Assembly: GCF_038025025.1 (NCBI RefSeq)
Contig: NW_027117347.1
Location: forward strand, 868,001 to 932,000
Direction: 5' to 3'
Length of the DNA stretch: 64,000 nt
Source: Phyllosticta citribraziliensis
Taxonomy: Eukaryota
How positions within the stretch are numbered: the stretch's first letter is position 1; every line of letters starts with the position of its first letter. Below the pieces are notes generated by a model that had not been told where the DNA came from, did no database searches, and saw only the letters and a list, made by a program, of their open reading frames with translations. Of the stretch, positions 1 through 12,409 are shown in pieces. The position numbers and the translations under genes are program-made.

Positions 1-387
1 GTGCATGCTGCGCTTCTAGCCCCGTGTTTCGTGATGAATTGGAAATTCCCAGCCTCTTGCTTATCCAGATGAGATGTTTGGCAAGCTGGAGGAAGCCGGT
101 TTAGGGTGGGTGCGAAATACGAATTCGTCGGCCGTGAGACGCGGTCTCCAGGCAGGACAATGCCAAAAGCCGCTCGAGGGTGTGCCGTGCCGCCGTCTCG
201 TCGAACAAGAAGAACAAAAAGAAGAAGCATGATTCGTCAACCGCAAACACCCCAGTAAATGCTCGACCAAGCAAAAGATCAACAATGATGAGGGATAGTC
301 GAGAATGTGCACAAAAATGCGGCCTTCAGCTACTCCCACGGCCGTTACGCTTCTGCGTCTGCGAAATTAAAAGCTGAAAGGAGAGCT

Positions 388-2735
388 TTACTCGCTGGTG
401 TCATCATCGTCGCAAAGTCCAAGGAGAGACTGGAGTCCGCCGGGCTTTCCGTGCGTGATCTGGTCCAAGATCTGAATCGCTCCGATGCGTTCAGGGAATT
501 CGCAGCTCTCGGCCGCAGGGCGGTAGGTCGCAGAGGTGACGGAGATTTCGAGCCCCGAGGCGATGTTGTTCGGGATGACGGTGCCATTGGCCTAAATTGC
601 GTTTGACGTCAGTTAGGCTCGTTGAAAGGGACCAGCTGCAGTCGGAAGGAATGGAGGGAATGGGAATAGACTTTCTGTCCACTGGATTGGGATCGAGAGC
701 CTGACTTCCCCATGACAGGTGTTTGTCGAGGACAGATTAAAGTCGGGTCGCCGCAACCTTAATTTGATGCCATGGGATTGCATGTGCACCGGGATTCTGG
801 ACTTGGCGGGAACAAGGGGAAGGGATTAGTTGTTGAATAACTTACCGCAGTAACTGCCCACGCCATATTCTGCTGCAAAAATGGAATCATTTCATTCGCA
901 TCCATACACGGGACGTCGCCGTTGGAGACACGCTTCTCCAGCGTGTTGGTGATCGGGATGGAGCCGTACAAGGCCGTGTTTCCTGACCGACCAGGTGCCA
1001 TGGCCGTGCCAACGAAAAGACCAGAGGCTCCGAGAAGGCTCTCATCTGAGCGCCACTCGTCAGGGTTGTTGTTGTACGGCCCGAGGAAGACATAAATAGA
1101 ACCGGAACCGCCAAGCGCGAACTTGTCAATTTTGTAGTTGACCGAGTACTCAGTTCGCGTCTGGTTCTTCTTGGCCGCGCCGGAATCAACTGAGCCAGGC
1201 TGGACAAATGCCTTGACAGTGTTAACGACGCCGTCCATCATTTCTTCAACAGCGTCACCAAGTTTGCCGACAGTTCGTTTAGTGGGGTGACCAATGGTTG
1301 GCTGGCCGTAGAGATTGTTGACCGTGGTCCTCAGGGCGTTGATATCGGGATTTTGAGTCTCTGGGTAGTCGTAGTGCATCTTCTTCCAATCCCGACAAGA
1401 TTCAGACGTCCAGAAATTGCCAGAAGCGTCCGAATGGAAAGGGGTCAAGGCTGTTCAATGTCAGTGCTCGATCGATTCCGAATTCAAGATTGAACCCTTA
1501 CGAGAGTTGGCATCCTGCACGGAACCAGCGTTGATCGTGTACGTCGAGTAATCCTGAGTCTCGGGTAGCACGTAGCTGTCCGGATGCAAAGCCTGCCAAA
1601 TGGCCAGCACTCTGTCAACTTGAATGTGGTGAAGCATGAAGAATGGGTCAAATGCAGACCAAGGCACCTCGAGCATATTGCCGTTGGCGCCTCCAACGTA
1701 GTTGTGCACCCAGCCATGGATCGTTTCGAAACTTTGATACTGGGCCGGATGATAAGAAGCCATGCTGCTGACAAGCGTGAAGTTGTCATAATTGACAAAG
1801 AGGTCATAGAGTGCGTCTCTCAGTTGAACGCGGAGCGACTGCATGCTGGACTTCACTTTGCCCTCAGTATTCTGAGCGTCTGTAGTCAGGCTTGTAGGGT
1901 AGCGCAAGGTCGTCTGGTACTGCTGGAATTGGGGTTCACTCGGATCCGCCAAGTCGCTCGGATTCAGTGGGTGGAATCGGTATTGGTAAAGGGGATTGTC
2001 GATGACTTGAGTGCCGTTGGGAAGCGTAACGTTTATCTTGGGAGAAACGATGAAGTCCGGGATATTAGTTTCGCCCTCAGGGGGCAAAAGCGCCCAATCC
2101 AAGTACGGCGCTCTGAAGGTTTTCGCCGCCTGCACCCAGGCTGCCTTGTCCGGGCTCTCGGGCAGAGCATTGGCGACATCTTGGACGTGTCCCCAAAGCA
2201 ATTGCTGATCTGAATTAATTTGCGCATCTTAAGATGATTGGCAGAAAACAAACCTCATAGAGCGCCGCATATGGCCTGTGCCAAGTCATGAAAATATTGG
2301 AGCTGTGAACACAGTATCCAATCTTGTTGTATCCAGTTGAAGGGACACCGTCCCAGTCCTTAAAGGGCATGCCGTGAATACCTTGTCGTTGCGTTAGCCG
2401 AGAATCATGAGGTGGTAGCTTCGGGACTTACCCATGACCGAATACCATGATAGCTTGTCCTCTTGATCCATCGCCTGAAATTTTTGCAATCCGAGGAGAT
2501 ACAGGCTCCATTGCTCTTTACTCCTTTGGAGATCTCTAATCTCTAAGCGCAATTCGGTTGAACCGCTGTCGGCGCCTGTGATGGCAAAAGTGCCCCCGCT
2601 GACCTGACGACGTGATAGAGTTTCCGGTACGTGCGGTTTGCGGCCAGAATCCACGGGAGAACAGTCTCCAGATGAGATCAACGCAGACCCCGACAACGCC
2701 AATGTGAGAAGGCGAATCGGGAGACTGGCAGGCAT
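388..2735 (-). CDS. Secreted tyrosinase / type-3 copper oxidase with C-terminal domain (5 exons, ~647 aa)
   Basis: Exons 2735-2432, 2381-2254, 2204-1502, 1450-846 and 591-388 join in frame over GT-AG introns. N-terminal signal peptide MPASLPIRLLTLALSGSALISS. CuA motifs GIHG, YCVHSS, WHRPY; CuB motifs ETIHGWVHNYVGG and AFDPFFMLHHIQVDR. Confidence 0.92.
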
Positions 2736-5145
2736 GTTGGCGTAAGTGATGAGATTGTTGCAAAAACGAGTGTTGTTGGAATACAGACGGCGATGTGCCT
2801 ATTTTGTCTGTGCGAGGCTTCAGGCCCGACTGGGATGCAGGATTCCACCTGTGGAGACCCAATTGCACGTTTAACGAGTGAGTGGACGGGGATGAGTGGA
2901 ATGCCTTGTCGATGGACAGGCCGGGGACAACAGACACTTTAAACAAGGCCAAGAGGGACAAAAAGAGCGGCCGCGGAAGATATGGAGAGTACGCAACCCA
3001 TGTCTCAGGCGGTGCAGAGGGCCGGGTTGTTTTTTAATATCAAGAGGAGCTTGGCCGGGGTGGGATCAGGGAGATGGGGATGAACGCCGTGCGAACGGCC
3101 CTGGTCGCTGGCTTGCCGGCGGCGGCGTCATTCTGGCGAGGTACAACAGACGGTTGCAAGCTCGGGCAGCGCCGTGTGAAGACATGGCAGAGGTATGTGA
3201 TGTGGTGCTGCAGAAGGATCGGGTACAGGCTGGCGCACAGACGAGGCGACCGAGTAGCGTGGTGCGTGGCGCAACTGGGACGGAACCGGTGCGATCCTCC
3301 TGCCATGGAGGCGGAGGCGAGGCTGGGAACCAACAGGAGATGTGGACAGGCTCGAGATGTGCGGCCGGGTTGATGGCGATCACTCGAATGAGTAAGTGTC
3401 GCCATGTAGTATTGCAGGACTGTGTTGCGCGACCTCGGCCCATCCAGGGTCCTACCTTGCCCATGCGCCCTGCGCTTTTGTTTCTCTCTCCCTGAAACCT
3501 CGACCGCTTACACCGCCTTCGCTGCCATTTCCATCTTGCTGTCCTCAAAGTGCAGCGGGACAGAGCCTCTCTTTGAGTCAGCTTGCGCCGACGTCCGTCA
3601 TCAACCGTGTGCTGTCTGAGCCGCCGCGGTTGCACCCATTTTATTGATTGCCTTCAATCGGGTTTGCCGCACATACACGAACATTTCGACGTGCAAGTTG
3701 ACTCCCATGCGCTGGGCCGCTTCCGTGACTGCCCCACGCTGCTGAGGAGCCCGAGGCCGTGGCGCCATGCCCCTGCATTTTCGTCTGCACACGCGCTGTG
3801 TGCACAGCTTGCGAAAACACATAGTGAGATACCACCGAATGACGCAAGATAGAATTCTCCCCAAGCTCTGATCCCGGGTAGGACCCTCTCCCGCCCTGAC
3901 AGGTTGTGCAATGGGCCGTCAGAAACAGTCAGGGTACGAATTCCAGTTCCTGAGAATGGCTTTCAGGTCTCACTCTGGTGAAGATCAGCCAAGCGAGAAC
4001 CAGGTGGAAGATGTCGTGTGTGGTTGCACCTCTGTCGCACGGCGCGTACACGTCCAAAGGACTTTGTTGACGTGCCGAAAGCTCATCCTGCTGGAGCCAG
4101 CTGTAAAATGAGGAATGCGCAACCTCGTATTTGGACCATTGCGCTTGATGCTGTCAACTTTCGGCCGTTGTATCGGTAACCCTCAAACACGAGGCTGTTG
4201 TAGTTCAAGATAACCACGGCCGTGGTTGTGTGGGTGTTGACATGGACTTGGATTCCCATGACGATGAAGCAAGCTTTGGTCCGTGCTTGCCGACAGCCCT
4301 GACTGTTAAGCGAGCAACTCCATCAATCCGTCGGTTACCAAAGCTCCAGAAGCAAGAACAAGAGTTTCAGCAATGCTAAGCTGATGGGTCGGCGACAATC
4401 ACAGTTGAGATGCCCGACTACTACTGTACTTCGGACATGTTTCAATGCCGCGCTTTTTCGCTGAAAAATCGAGCAATTTAGACGACGCGATTGGACTGAT
4501 GCGAGAGAGGGCTAGTTCCAATGAGGGCTACCGCGGAGAGACACGTCTGGTGAGATCGGAAGTCCATCTGGATACTGCCGGATGGGATTGAGTAGACGTC
4601 ATCTGTTTGCAGGCGAAAAAGGGTTGATCGCGCAAAAGGCGGCAAGGTTCGAGATTTCACATCGATCAGCGCAAGGACCTCCCTGCCAGGAATGTTAACC
4701 TCTCGCTCACTTGTAAAAGTTCACACGTTGATTGAGGATGGACACACCAGAATGAAATTGCGATGACTCGGATCCCTTACCGACGCCCGTCAAAAGTTAG
4801 AGACATCGAGGACGCCAGGGAGGATGTGGTGGAAAAAGCTTGTTTCGTTCTTGTCCGAATCTGGCATCTCTTCCATGCATCATGCACATCACGCACTACG
4901 ACATCAGCAATCCCAGCCACAGGCGTAGAAGTATGACATGGGCGAGACAAATTCTGGATTTGACGATAGAATGTGAGAAAAACTTCAACCGACCTCAGGC
5001 CACGGGTTTACCGCAGGACTCGGCTTCTGGCTCAACAACACCAAACAATCAAAGCGAAGGACATCTTCAATGCATCAGGAGCTAGGTTGCGTATCCTGTA
5101 AACCGTTTTCTTTTGACAACCATTCGTGGGACTTTGGGACGGCTA

Positions 5146-7451
5146 CTAATTCGTCGCATCATCCGGATGGTCGCTCTCGTTCCTCGTCTCTGTGCCATGG
5201 AACGCATCGCCAAATGCATCCCCTTCAAGTCCCAAATCCAAGTCATCGCCGCCGGTATAATCCGCCAATGCGTCACCAGCTGTGTCGAACGGAAAGTCAG
5301 AGCTGTCGAACATGCCGGGGGTGTTTCCGGCCGCAGAGGCAGGCGCTGATGTTGCTGCGCTTTCCTGAGGCTGTGCTGAGGTCGAAGTCTGCTGTGCGTC
5401 GTTGCTCTGCCCTTGAGCTCCGCCAGCTGATGGTGCATTTTTGCCCCGTGAGTCCTCGGTAGATGCATTGTTGGTTGTGGCGGCTGTCTGATTGTTTGAG
5501 TCAACCATTACCCAGTCGTCCCCAGTCTTTTCGCCGGGGCCGTCTTCTAGGGCCGTCATGTCAATGTCCAGGTCCATGCCGTCCATCAAATCAAGACCAC
5601 CGTCGCCACTCTGTGCGTCTTGTTGACTCTGCCCTTGACCGGCCAAGGACGCTTGGTGTTGTGCTGCGGACGCGGTGCCAGCTTGTGATTGAGCATTTGG
5701 AAGAGAAACAGGTGGGACTTGTAACGAGGAGCTTCCAGGCGTGTCCACCAACGAGGTGGAGGTGTACTGGTCTAGAAGTCCTGCAGCGGTGTCTTCGCCA
5801 TCCATTGGTGTATCCTCAAGGTTTCCATTAGCCTCGCCACTTGCTGTGAACTGGTCATCTGCGTTTGTGTCGTTCCCGTTGCGAACCGTCATCTCAGACT
5901 GCTCGATGAGTCCGCCCTTGTCTACGCAGTTGACATTCTTGCGGGGCGCAATCGTAACACCTAGTGACTTTTCCACCTCCTGAACGATATCACTAGCTTT
6001 GGCACCTGATGCGTCTTCAATGGCCGGAGGTGGTGGGGCGACTGAGAGGCCACGGTTGGTCTGCGCCTCGTCGAAGGCAGTCGCTCTGAGCTTTCTCTCA
6101 GCCTCAACGTAAGTTTTGCTCTTGGTCAGCGCGGCCATTTTTTTCGAATGCTCGGTTTTCATTTTCTCCAACTGTTCCTCCTCATCTTTGATGAAGTTGT
6201 TGACGCGGTCTTCAAGCTCCTTGAATTTCTCTACACTGAGCTTCTCATACTCTTTGGCACCGCCTCGACCTGATACGAGCGATTGGGGAGTCGGAGTGTC
6301 AAGAATGCCATCGGTGAGATGTGCAAGTCCACCCACGAGCCCCAGGCCAAGGTCCAGAGGCTTGATCGTTCCGGCCGCATAAGGAGATGAAAAAACCTCT
6401 TCCATCCATTCATGATGCTGAGTGTACCTCATCGTGCTGATGTCTCGGGGCGTCAGGTGGTCCAGCAAATCGCCAATTGCAGTGTTTTCCTCGTCCTCGA
6501 TGGTGCTGTCGTGGACAGCTGGTGGCGGTACTCCTGGATGTACTCCTCCTGGCATCTGCGTCGGAGGCATCTGTCGAGGCCTTTTCGCAGGCGATGGTCC
6601 AATGGCTGATGCTTGGCCTTGCTGGTAAAATTGAGCTTGCCGAAAGCCCGGGCCTGGCTGCATTGGGTTTCCAGAATACATGCCCATGGGTTGCCCATGA
6701 CCATGAGGCATCTGGCCACCCGGCGCGAAGCTAATGTTGGGCCAGTTGTGGCGGTCGTGCAGCATGAATTCCTTGCGCGCCAATTGACCCTGGCCTTCAA
6801 GGAAGCGCCGCTCTTGGATCATCCTTTGCATTTCCGCGTTGAGAGGGACGCGCGATGTCGGTATGCGTGCTTGAGGTTCGGACTGCGAATAGTGCACAAT
6901 CCACAGGTTTGGTTCAAACATTGGACCGTTGGGTGAAGTCTTGTGGACCAGGCGGTAGCGATGTCTTTGATGCAAGGTGATTTGCTCATATCCGGGTCGA
7001 TATCCGCTGCGGCGCACCAGAATTTCCACAGTCTGCGCATCAATCAGCGAGAGCAAAGTTGGACTTGAATCGCTAATCTCACATAACCACGTTGAGAGTC
7101 AAAGGTATAAGTTTGCTCAGGGTCAGCCCACATGTATCCATCGCTGGCATACATGCTACCCCTTTGATTGGTGGGTTGCCATTCTAGAAAGACTGTGCCG
7201 TCGCCCGGGGGCGCCTGGAAGTATTGCCATGACACTGGCGCGCCGTCCTTGACGATGCGTGGGCCACTGAGAAGATATTCGACGGCCTGCTCGACGGAGA
7301 GTGTCGCAAGCGTAGGGTAGCGGTAACTGGAGACGAGGTGAACATGCGGGAGCTGTGCGGCGCGAGATGTTAGCCTGACGTTGGGGCAGAGAGAGGTCGT
7401 ATGCGCGGCCCGTACAATGAAGTTTGGCACGCCCTGGCTTGGGTCCTGCAT
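5146..7451 (-). CDS. ssr4: SWI/SNF and RSC complex subunit Ssr4 (DUF1750 family)
   Basis: Exons 7451-7416, 7352-7083, 7032-5146. Recalled family motifs MQDPS..LPHVHLVS.YRYP, YASDGYMWAD, LWIVHY, GDLLDHLTPRDISTMRY..HHEWMEEVFSSPY. Long low-complexity acidic tail. Confidence 0.85.
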
Positions 7452-7912
7452 CGCGTGCAAAAGGCGCAGATCGCCTGCGCGGAGGTTCGAGTATGAAGAT
7501 GAGTGTAATTGCAATTGACGTTTCTTGGAAGTGAACGCGATGCGTCGAACGCGTTGGTGGTTACCGAGCTGGGAACAAAGGTCGGGCGTGTCCCCAGCCG
7601 CAAGTCGCTGAAACTCGCGCACAGGCCACCTAACGCTTACTTCAGCATGCCTCCAGCATTTGGCTCAGTCGTCAGCGGTTATGTACGGTAAAGGTACCTC
7701 TGTAGTTTGGTGAGAATCACAAGCTATCGACAACCGATGTGTAGGCCCGAGGTCACCATATATCCCGCTAAAAATGCACTGTTCTAATGATTGCGTGTGG
7801 GCCGCCCTTCGAGTTCTAATCGAGTAAGTTGCTTGAACGAGTTGGACCCCGTCCAGCGACCCTTGGACGAGAAATCATACAGGAGACGTATGGCATAAAG
7901 GTCTTGATCTTC

Positions 7913-9040
7913 TCATCCCAGAATCTTGAGCCCGCCCTTCGTCTTGCTCTGCTTCTTCTGTACGCCTGCACCCGTGTTTGCGTGTCCTCGTCCTCCGCCT
8001 CCGCCTTTCCCGCCCCTGTTGTTTCTCCTATCATTGGGCGCAGTAGCCTTGATTTCGGTGGTGCTCCGCTTGATGAGAACAGGATGACTGCCAATGTACT
8101 TGCCCTGCATTTCTTTGGCGGCTTGGAAGTAGTCATCGCCGTTGCTGAAGCTAACAAAGCCATATCCCTTGCTTTTGGTGGTTCGTTTGTCGCGCACGAC
8201 GCGGGCCTTTTGGATAGACGTGTATCGAGAGAATGCTTTGTGGAGAGACTCGTCTGTGACTTCTCCAGCCAGATTTCCGACGAAGATGCGGAAATGCGCA
8301 GGGTCCCACTCCAACAAAGATGAGTCTTGCCAAGTCTTGCCGCCTCCAGACCTCACGACTGTTTTCTGCTTGCCATCAGCGCCCGAGACAACGGCCGCAA
8401 CGTCTGTGTCCGTGTTTGCGGCAGATTGCAGCTCCTTGCTGCTCATGCCAGCCGCGGATCCCATCTTATCACCTAGAGGCGTAGCATTTGCGTTGGTTGC
8501 GCCAAGCGTGGCGGCCCTGGGGCCCTTGGAGCTCCCGTCATCTCTGTTGACGTACGCGCTCTGCCACTGGGCTATTTGCGCTTCGTATTCGGGATCATAC
8601 GAGGCGTTGGCGGCACCGTAGCCACCGCTGGAAGCTTGACCTGGCGCTGGGAATGGGTTGCGAATCTGTGGGGGAGTGGGTTGGTGATAGGGGTCGACGC
8701 TCGGCTGTGGGTAATATGGCGCCTGGGGTTGGTAGGCGTTGGAGCGATGTCCAGCGCCCGTGTAGCTAGACTGGGCTCCTGGGTAGGCGCTTGGGGGTTG
8801 GGGACCAGCAGCTACTGTAGGGGATTGCGACTGCCATGACTGAGGGTTGCTGGCCACGGCACGCGGCTTGAAGGCAGTAAAGGCACTCTGCTGCGACTTG
8901 CTACTTGAGTTTGGACCGGGGCCAAACTTGGAGAAGGCGGGTGGCTGGGCGGGCGGAGGAGGACGCGCCGGCAGCGAGGGATGAGGTTGAGGAGTGGTCG
9001 ACGACGACTTGGGACCTGAAGGCGGAGGATGATTCGACAT
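7913..9040 (-). CDS. RBM42: RRM RNA-binding protein, RBM42-like
   Basis: Single-exon 375-aa ORF. Pro-rich N-terminus, then VRSGGGKTWQDSSLLEWDPAHFRIFVGNL (RNP2) and SKGYGFVSF (RNP1), AAKEMQGKYIGSHPV, typical of RBM42. Confidence 0.85.
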   Translation of the reverse strand: MSNHPPPSGPKSSSTTPQPHPSLPARPPPPAQPPAFSKFGPGPNSSSKSQQSAFTAFKPRAVASNPQSWQSQSPTVAAGPQPPSAYPGAQSSYTGAGHRSNAYQPQAPYYPQPSVDPYHQPTPPQIRNPFPAPGQASSGGYGAANASYDPEYEAQIAQWQSAYVNRDDGSSKGPRAATLGATNANATPLGDKMGSAAGMSSKELQSAANTDTDVAAVVSGADGKQKTVVRSGGGKTWQDSSLLEWDPAHFRIFVGNLAGEVTDESLHKAFSRYTSIQKARVVRDKRTTKSKGYGFVSFSNGDDYFQAAKEMQGKYIGSHPVLIKRSTTEIKATAPNDRRNNRGGKGGGGGRGHANTGAGVQKKQSKTKGGLKILG

Positions 9041-9821
9041 GATGAACGGGTGCGCGACGCTCTTTGCGGAGTTAACGAGACTTACAGCTCAAGCTCGTCC
9101 GTCTCCGATGCCGGTAAGGTAGAATGGGGCGGAGCCAGGCCGGGCCGTGCTCTCTCGACGTCTCGACGGGCGGTATCCGTACGGGAGCGAGGGGAGGGGA
9201 GTGGAGGGGAGGGGAGGGGTGCGGTGTGACTGGGCCGAGAATGACGATGGCAGGCGGCGCACGGATGGTGTTGTTGAGTTTTCGTTGCTGCAGCGGCGGC
9301 GCGCTGACACGCAGGAATAATAATCGCGAGCGGGCGATTAGTAGGCTGGGCCGGGGCGGTAGGTAAGCAACAGCGTCGGTCGAGTCGCGATGGTGACTTT
9401 GGCTTGTTGGAGGCCCTGCACCTGCACTGCACCTGCATCGGAGGCCCGGCGGGATTTGCTCGATGGCTTCGGGGCGGCATTCGGGGTTGGGACCGGGACC
9501 GGGAGCGATGGAAGATGCGAGCGGAACTCTGGGTGAGGTGGACGAGCACCATTGTGTCATAGGGACCTGAGGTGCCCATGCCCAGCCGAAAAATCCTCAG
9601 CCCCGCCAAACCAATCGAGAGGCGTCTCGTCCATCCCACCTACCCGACCCGACCTCGACCTCTCCTCTCCGTCCACCTCTCTCTCTCTCTCGTCACCACC
9701 CCTCGCCCCAGCAACACCTCTTCCTTCGTCCAGAAGCCTCACCATGTAAGATCCCTGCCCAGAGCCCCATTCTTTACCCGTCCGCCTAAGACGACTGCGA
9801 GTGCCCGCCGTGGCCCCGTCT

Positions 9822-9827
9822 TATAAA
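9822..9827 (+). promoter_or_regulatory. TATA box of gnd1 followed by a CT-rich initiation tract
   Basis: TATAAA 145 nt upstream of the ATG at 9967, followed by a pyrimidine-rich stretch typical of strong filamentous-fungal promoters. Confidence 0.6.
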
Positions 9828-9966
9828 GCAAAACCGTCTGCTCCCGCATATCGGCCCTCCATCATCCCTCTCTCCTCTCCTCATCCATCTCTCACTCTCC
9901 TCTCTAATCCATTGACCCTCCTCCAGACCATCCGCCTCATCTCCACCTCCATCCCATCCAGCAATC

Positions 9967-11924
9967 ATGTCTTCCGCCGTGTAAGTCGCCCTCGCCCTCG
10001 CCCCCTCCCCCTCCCTACCCCGCCGTCCGGCGTCACGGAACCCCTCCATCTGCGGGTTCAGCTGAGCCGCCGTCGGCATTTGCTTGGATGCCGATTTCCA
10101 TTTCCCATCCTGTCGCCCCATTGACGAGACAATGAATCTAACTCCAGCGCGCGTCTCTCCCGCATCGATGTGGGAGGACCTGCGCGCACCGATGCTAGTG
10201 GTGACTGGGGTCTCATTGGTTTGGTAAGTTCAGCCCCGCAGTGCCCCTCCCTCATCGATTTTGCTCTAACAAAGTTTCCAGGCCGTCAGTAAGTCAATTC
10301 GCAGCTCGCATCCCTTGGGACCGCTTCTCACGATCCAACAGTGGGCCAGAACCTGATCCTCAACGCTGCCGACCATGGCTTCACCGTTGTTGCCTACAAC
10401 CGCACTGTTTCCAAGGTCGACCGCTTCCTTGAGAACGAGGCCAAGGACAAGTCCATTGTTGGCGCTCACTCCATGAAGGAGTTTGTTGCCAAGCTCAAGA
10501 AGCCCCGCAGGATGATGATGCTTGTCATGGCTGGCAAGCCTGTCGACGGTAAGGGACGGCACGAGCCGAGGCAGAGGGCTAGTTGGCTGACCATGTCCAG
10601 ACTTTATCGAGCAGCTCATCGAGGCCGGTGCCGAGCCTGGCGACATCATCATCGACGGCGGTAACTCCCACTACCCCGACACCAACCGCCGCACCAAGTA
10701 CCTGGCCGAGAAGGGCATCCGGTACGTCGGCGCTGGTGTTTCCGGTGGTGAGGAGGGCGCCCGCTACGGCCCCTCCATCATGCCCGGTGGTAACGAGGAG
10801 GCCTGGCCCTACATCAAGGACGTCCTCCAGAGCATCTCTGCCAAGAGCGACAACGAGCCTTGCTGCCAGTGGGTTGGTGACGAGGGTGCTGGTCACTACG
10901 TCAAGATGGTGAGTTTGGAGCTCCATCCGGCAGCCTCTGCAGTTACTTACCCAAACAGGTCCACAACGGTATCGAGTACGGTGACATGCAGCTCATCTCC
11001 GAGGCCTACGACATCATGAAGCGTGGTCTTGGTCTCTCCAACAAGGAGATGGGTGACGTTTTCGCCAAGTGGAACAAGGGTGTCCTCGACTCGTTCCTGA
11101 TTGAGATCACCCGTGACATCCTCTACTTCAACGACGACGACGGAACTCCTCTCCTCGAGAAGATCCTCGACTCTGCTGGTCAGAAGGGTACCGGCAAGTG
11201 GACCGCCATCAACGCTCTCGACCTCGGCATGCCCGTCACCCTCATTGGCGAGGCTGTCTTCTCTCGTTGCCTTTCTTCCCTCAAGTCTGAGCGTGGCCGT
11301 GCCTCTCAGCTCCTGTCTGGCCCCTCGCCCAAGTTCGAGGGTGACAAGCAGGCTTTCATCGACGACCTTGAGCAGGCCCTGTACGCCTCCAAGATCATCT
11401 CGTACGCCCAGGGCTTCATGCTTATGCAGAACGTGAGTTGACTGATTCATCAACTATCTGCCGGTTGCTAACAAGTTTTGCAGGCCGCCAAGGAGTACGG
11501 CTGGAAGCTCCAGAAGCCCGAGATTGCCCTCATGTGGCGTGGTGGCTGCATCATCCGCTCCGTCTTCCTGAAGGACATTACCAACGCCTACCGCTCGAAC
11601 CCCGACCTCGAGAACCTGCTCTTCGACGACTTCTTCCACAAGGCCATTGACACTGCTCAGGCTGGCTGGAGAAACGTCGTCAGCAAGAGTGCTCTGTGGG
11701 GTATCCCTCTGCCCGCTTTCAGCACTGCCCTCAGCTTCTACGATGGCTACCGCACCAAGGACCTTCCCGCCAACCTCCTCCAGGCCCAGCGTGACTACTT
11801 CGGTGCCCACACCTTCAAGATCAAGCCCGAACACGCCAGCGCCAAGTACCCCGAGGGCGAGAACATCCACGTCAACTGGACCGGCCGTGGTGGCAACGTC
11901 TCGGCGTCGACCTACAACGCTTAA
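9967..11924 (+). CDS. gnd1: 6-phosphogluconate dehydrogenase, decarboxylating (7 exons, 491 aa; possible 508-aa isoform)
   Basis: Exons 9967-9980, 10199-10223 (or 10148-10223), 10282-10288, 10342-10548, 10601-10908, 10959-11432, 11484-11924. Splicing restores [59 protein letters not shown]. Strong C-ending codon bias. Confidence 0.97.
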
Positions 11925-12409
11925 ACGGAGATGCGTTGGTGAAGTAATTGGAGGACAGAGGATGACCATAGAAAGGCACTCGGCGCGCGTTCTTTGAGGA
12001 CGAACCGGTCGTTGGCAAATTCGTTTTTATCTCCAGTAAATGACGTAGATTGAATACATTGCATGAATGATGAAATTGCATCTCATTGAGCGTTTTTCCA
12101 ACTGAAGGAATCGAACGTGTCGGAGCGGTGGGATGCGTGGGTGGTGCAGGTACCGGGGACCTGAGTCGAAACGCGCGCACTGACTCGCCCGGCCATCGTC
12201 ACCCCAGGCAGGCCAAGGTGACTTTGAACCTCGAAGCTCGACCAGACGGCCCTCTCGCAACACCCCACCAGCAGACCGCCCTCCCGCGCCGTCTCCCTTT
12301 GTCGTCGCTCCTTTCCCTCCTTTTAATGCGGTCGCATGCCGCCTCAGCACCAGATCTGAGGGAGCACGCAGCCTAGACGAGTCCGACCAGCCAGTTCGCG
12401 CGCACCGCA

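Noticed and set aside
10947..11969. Antisense ORFs over gnd1
   Set aside because: Expected shadow ORFs from strong C-ending codon bias.
12068..12105. ATGATGA...CTGA C/D-box-like pair in the gnd1 3' region
   Set aside because: About 38 nt, too short for a C/D snoRNA, with no recognisable rRNA guide.
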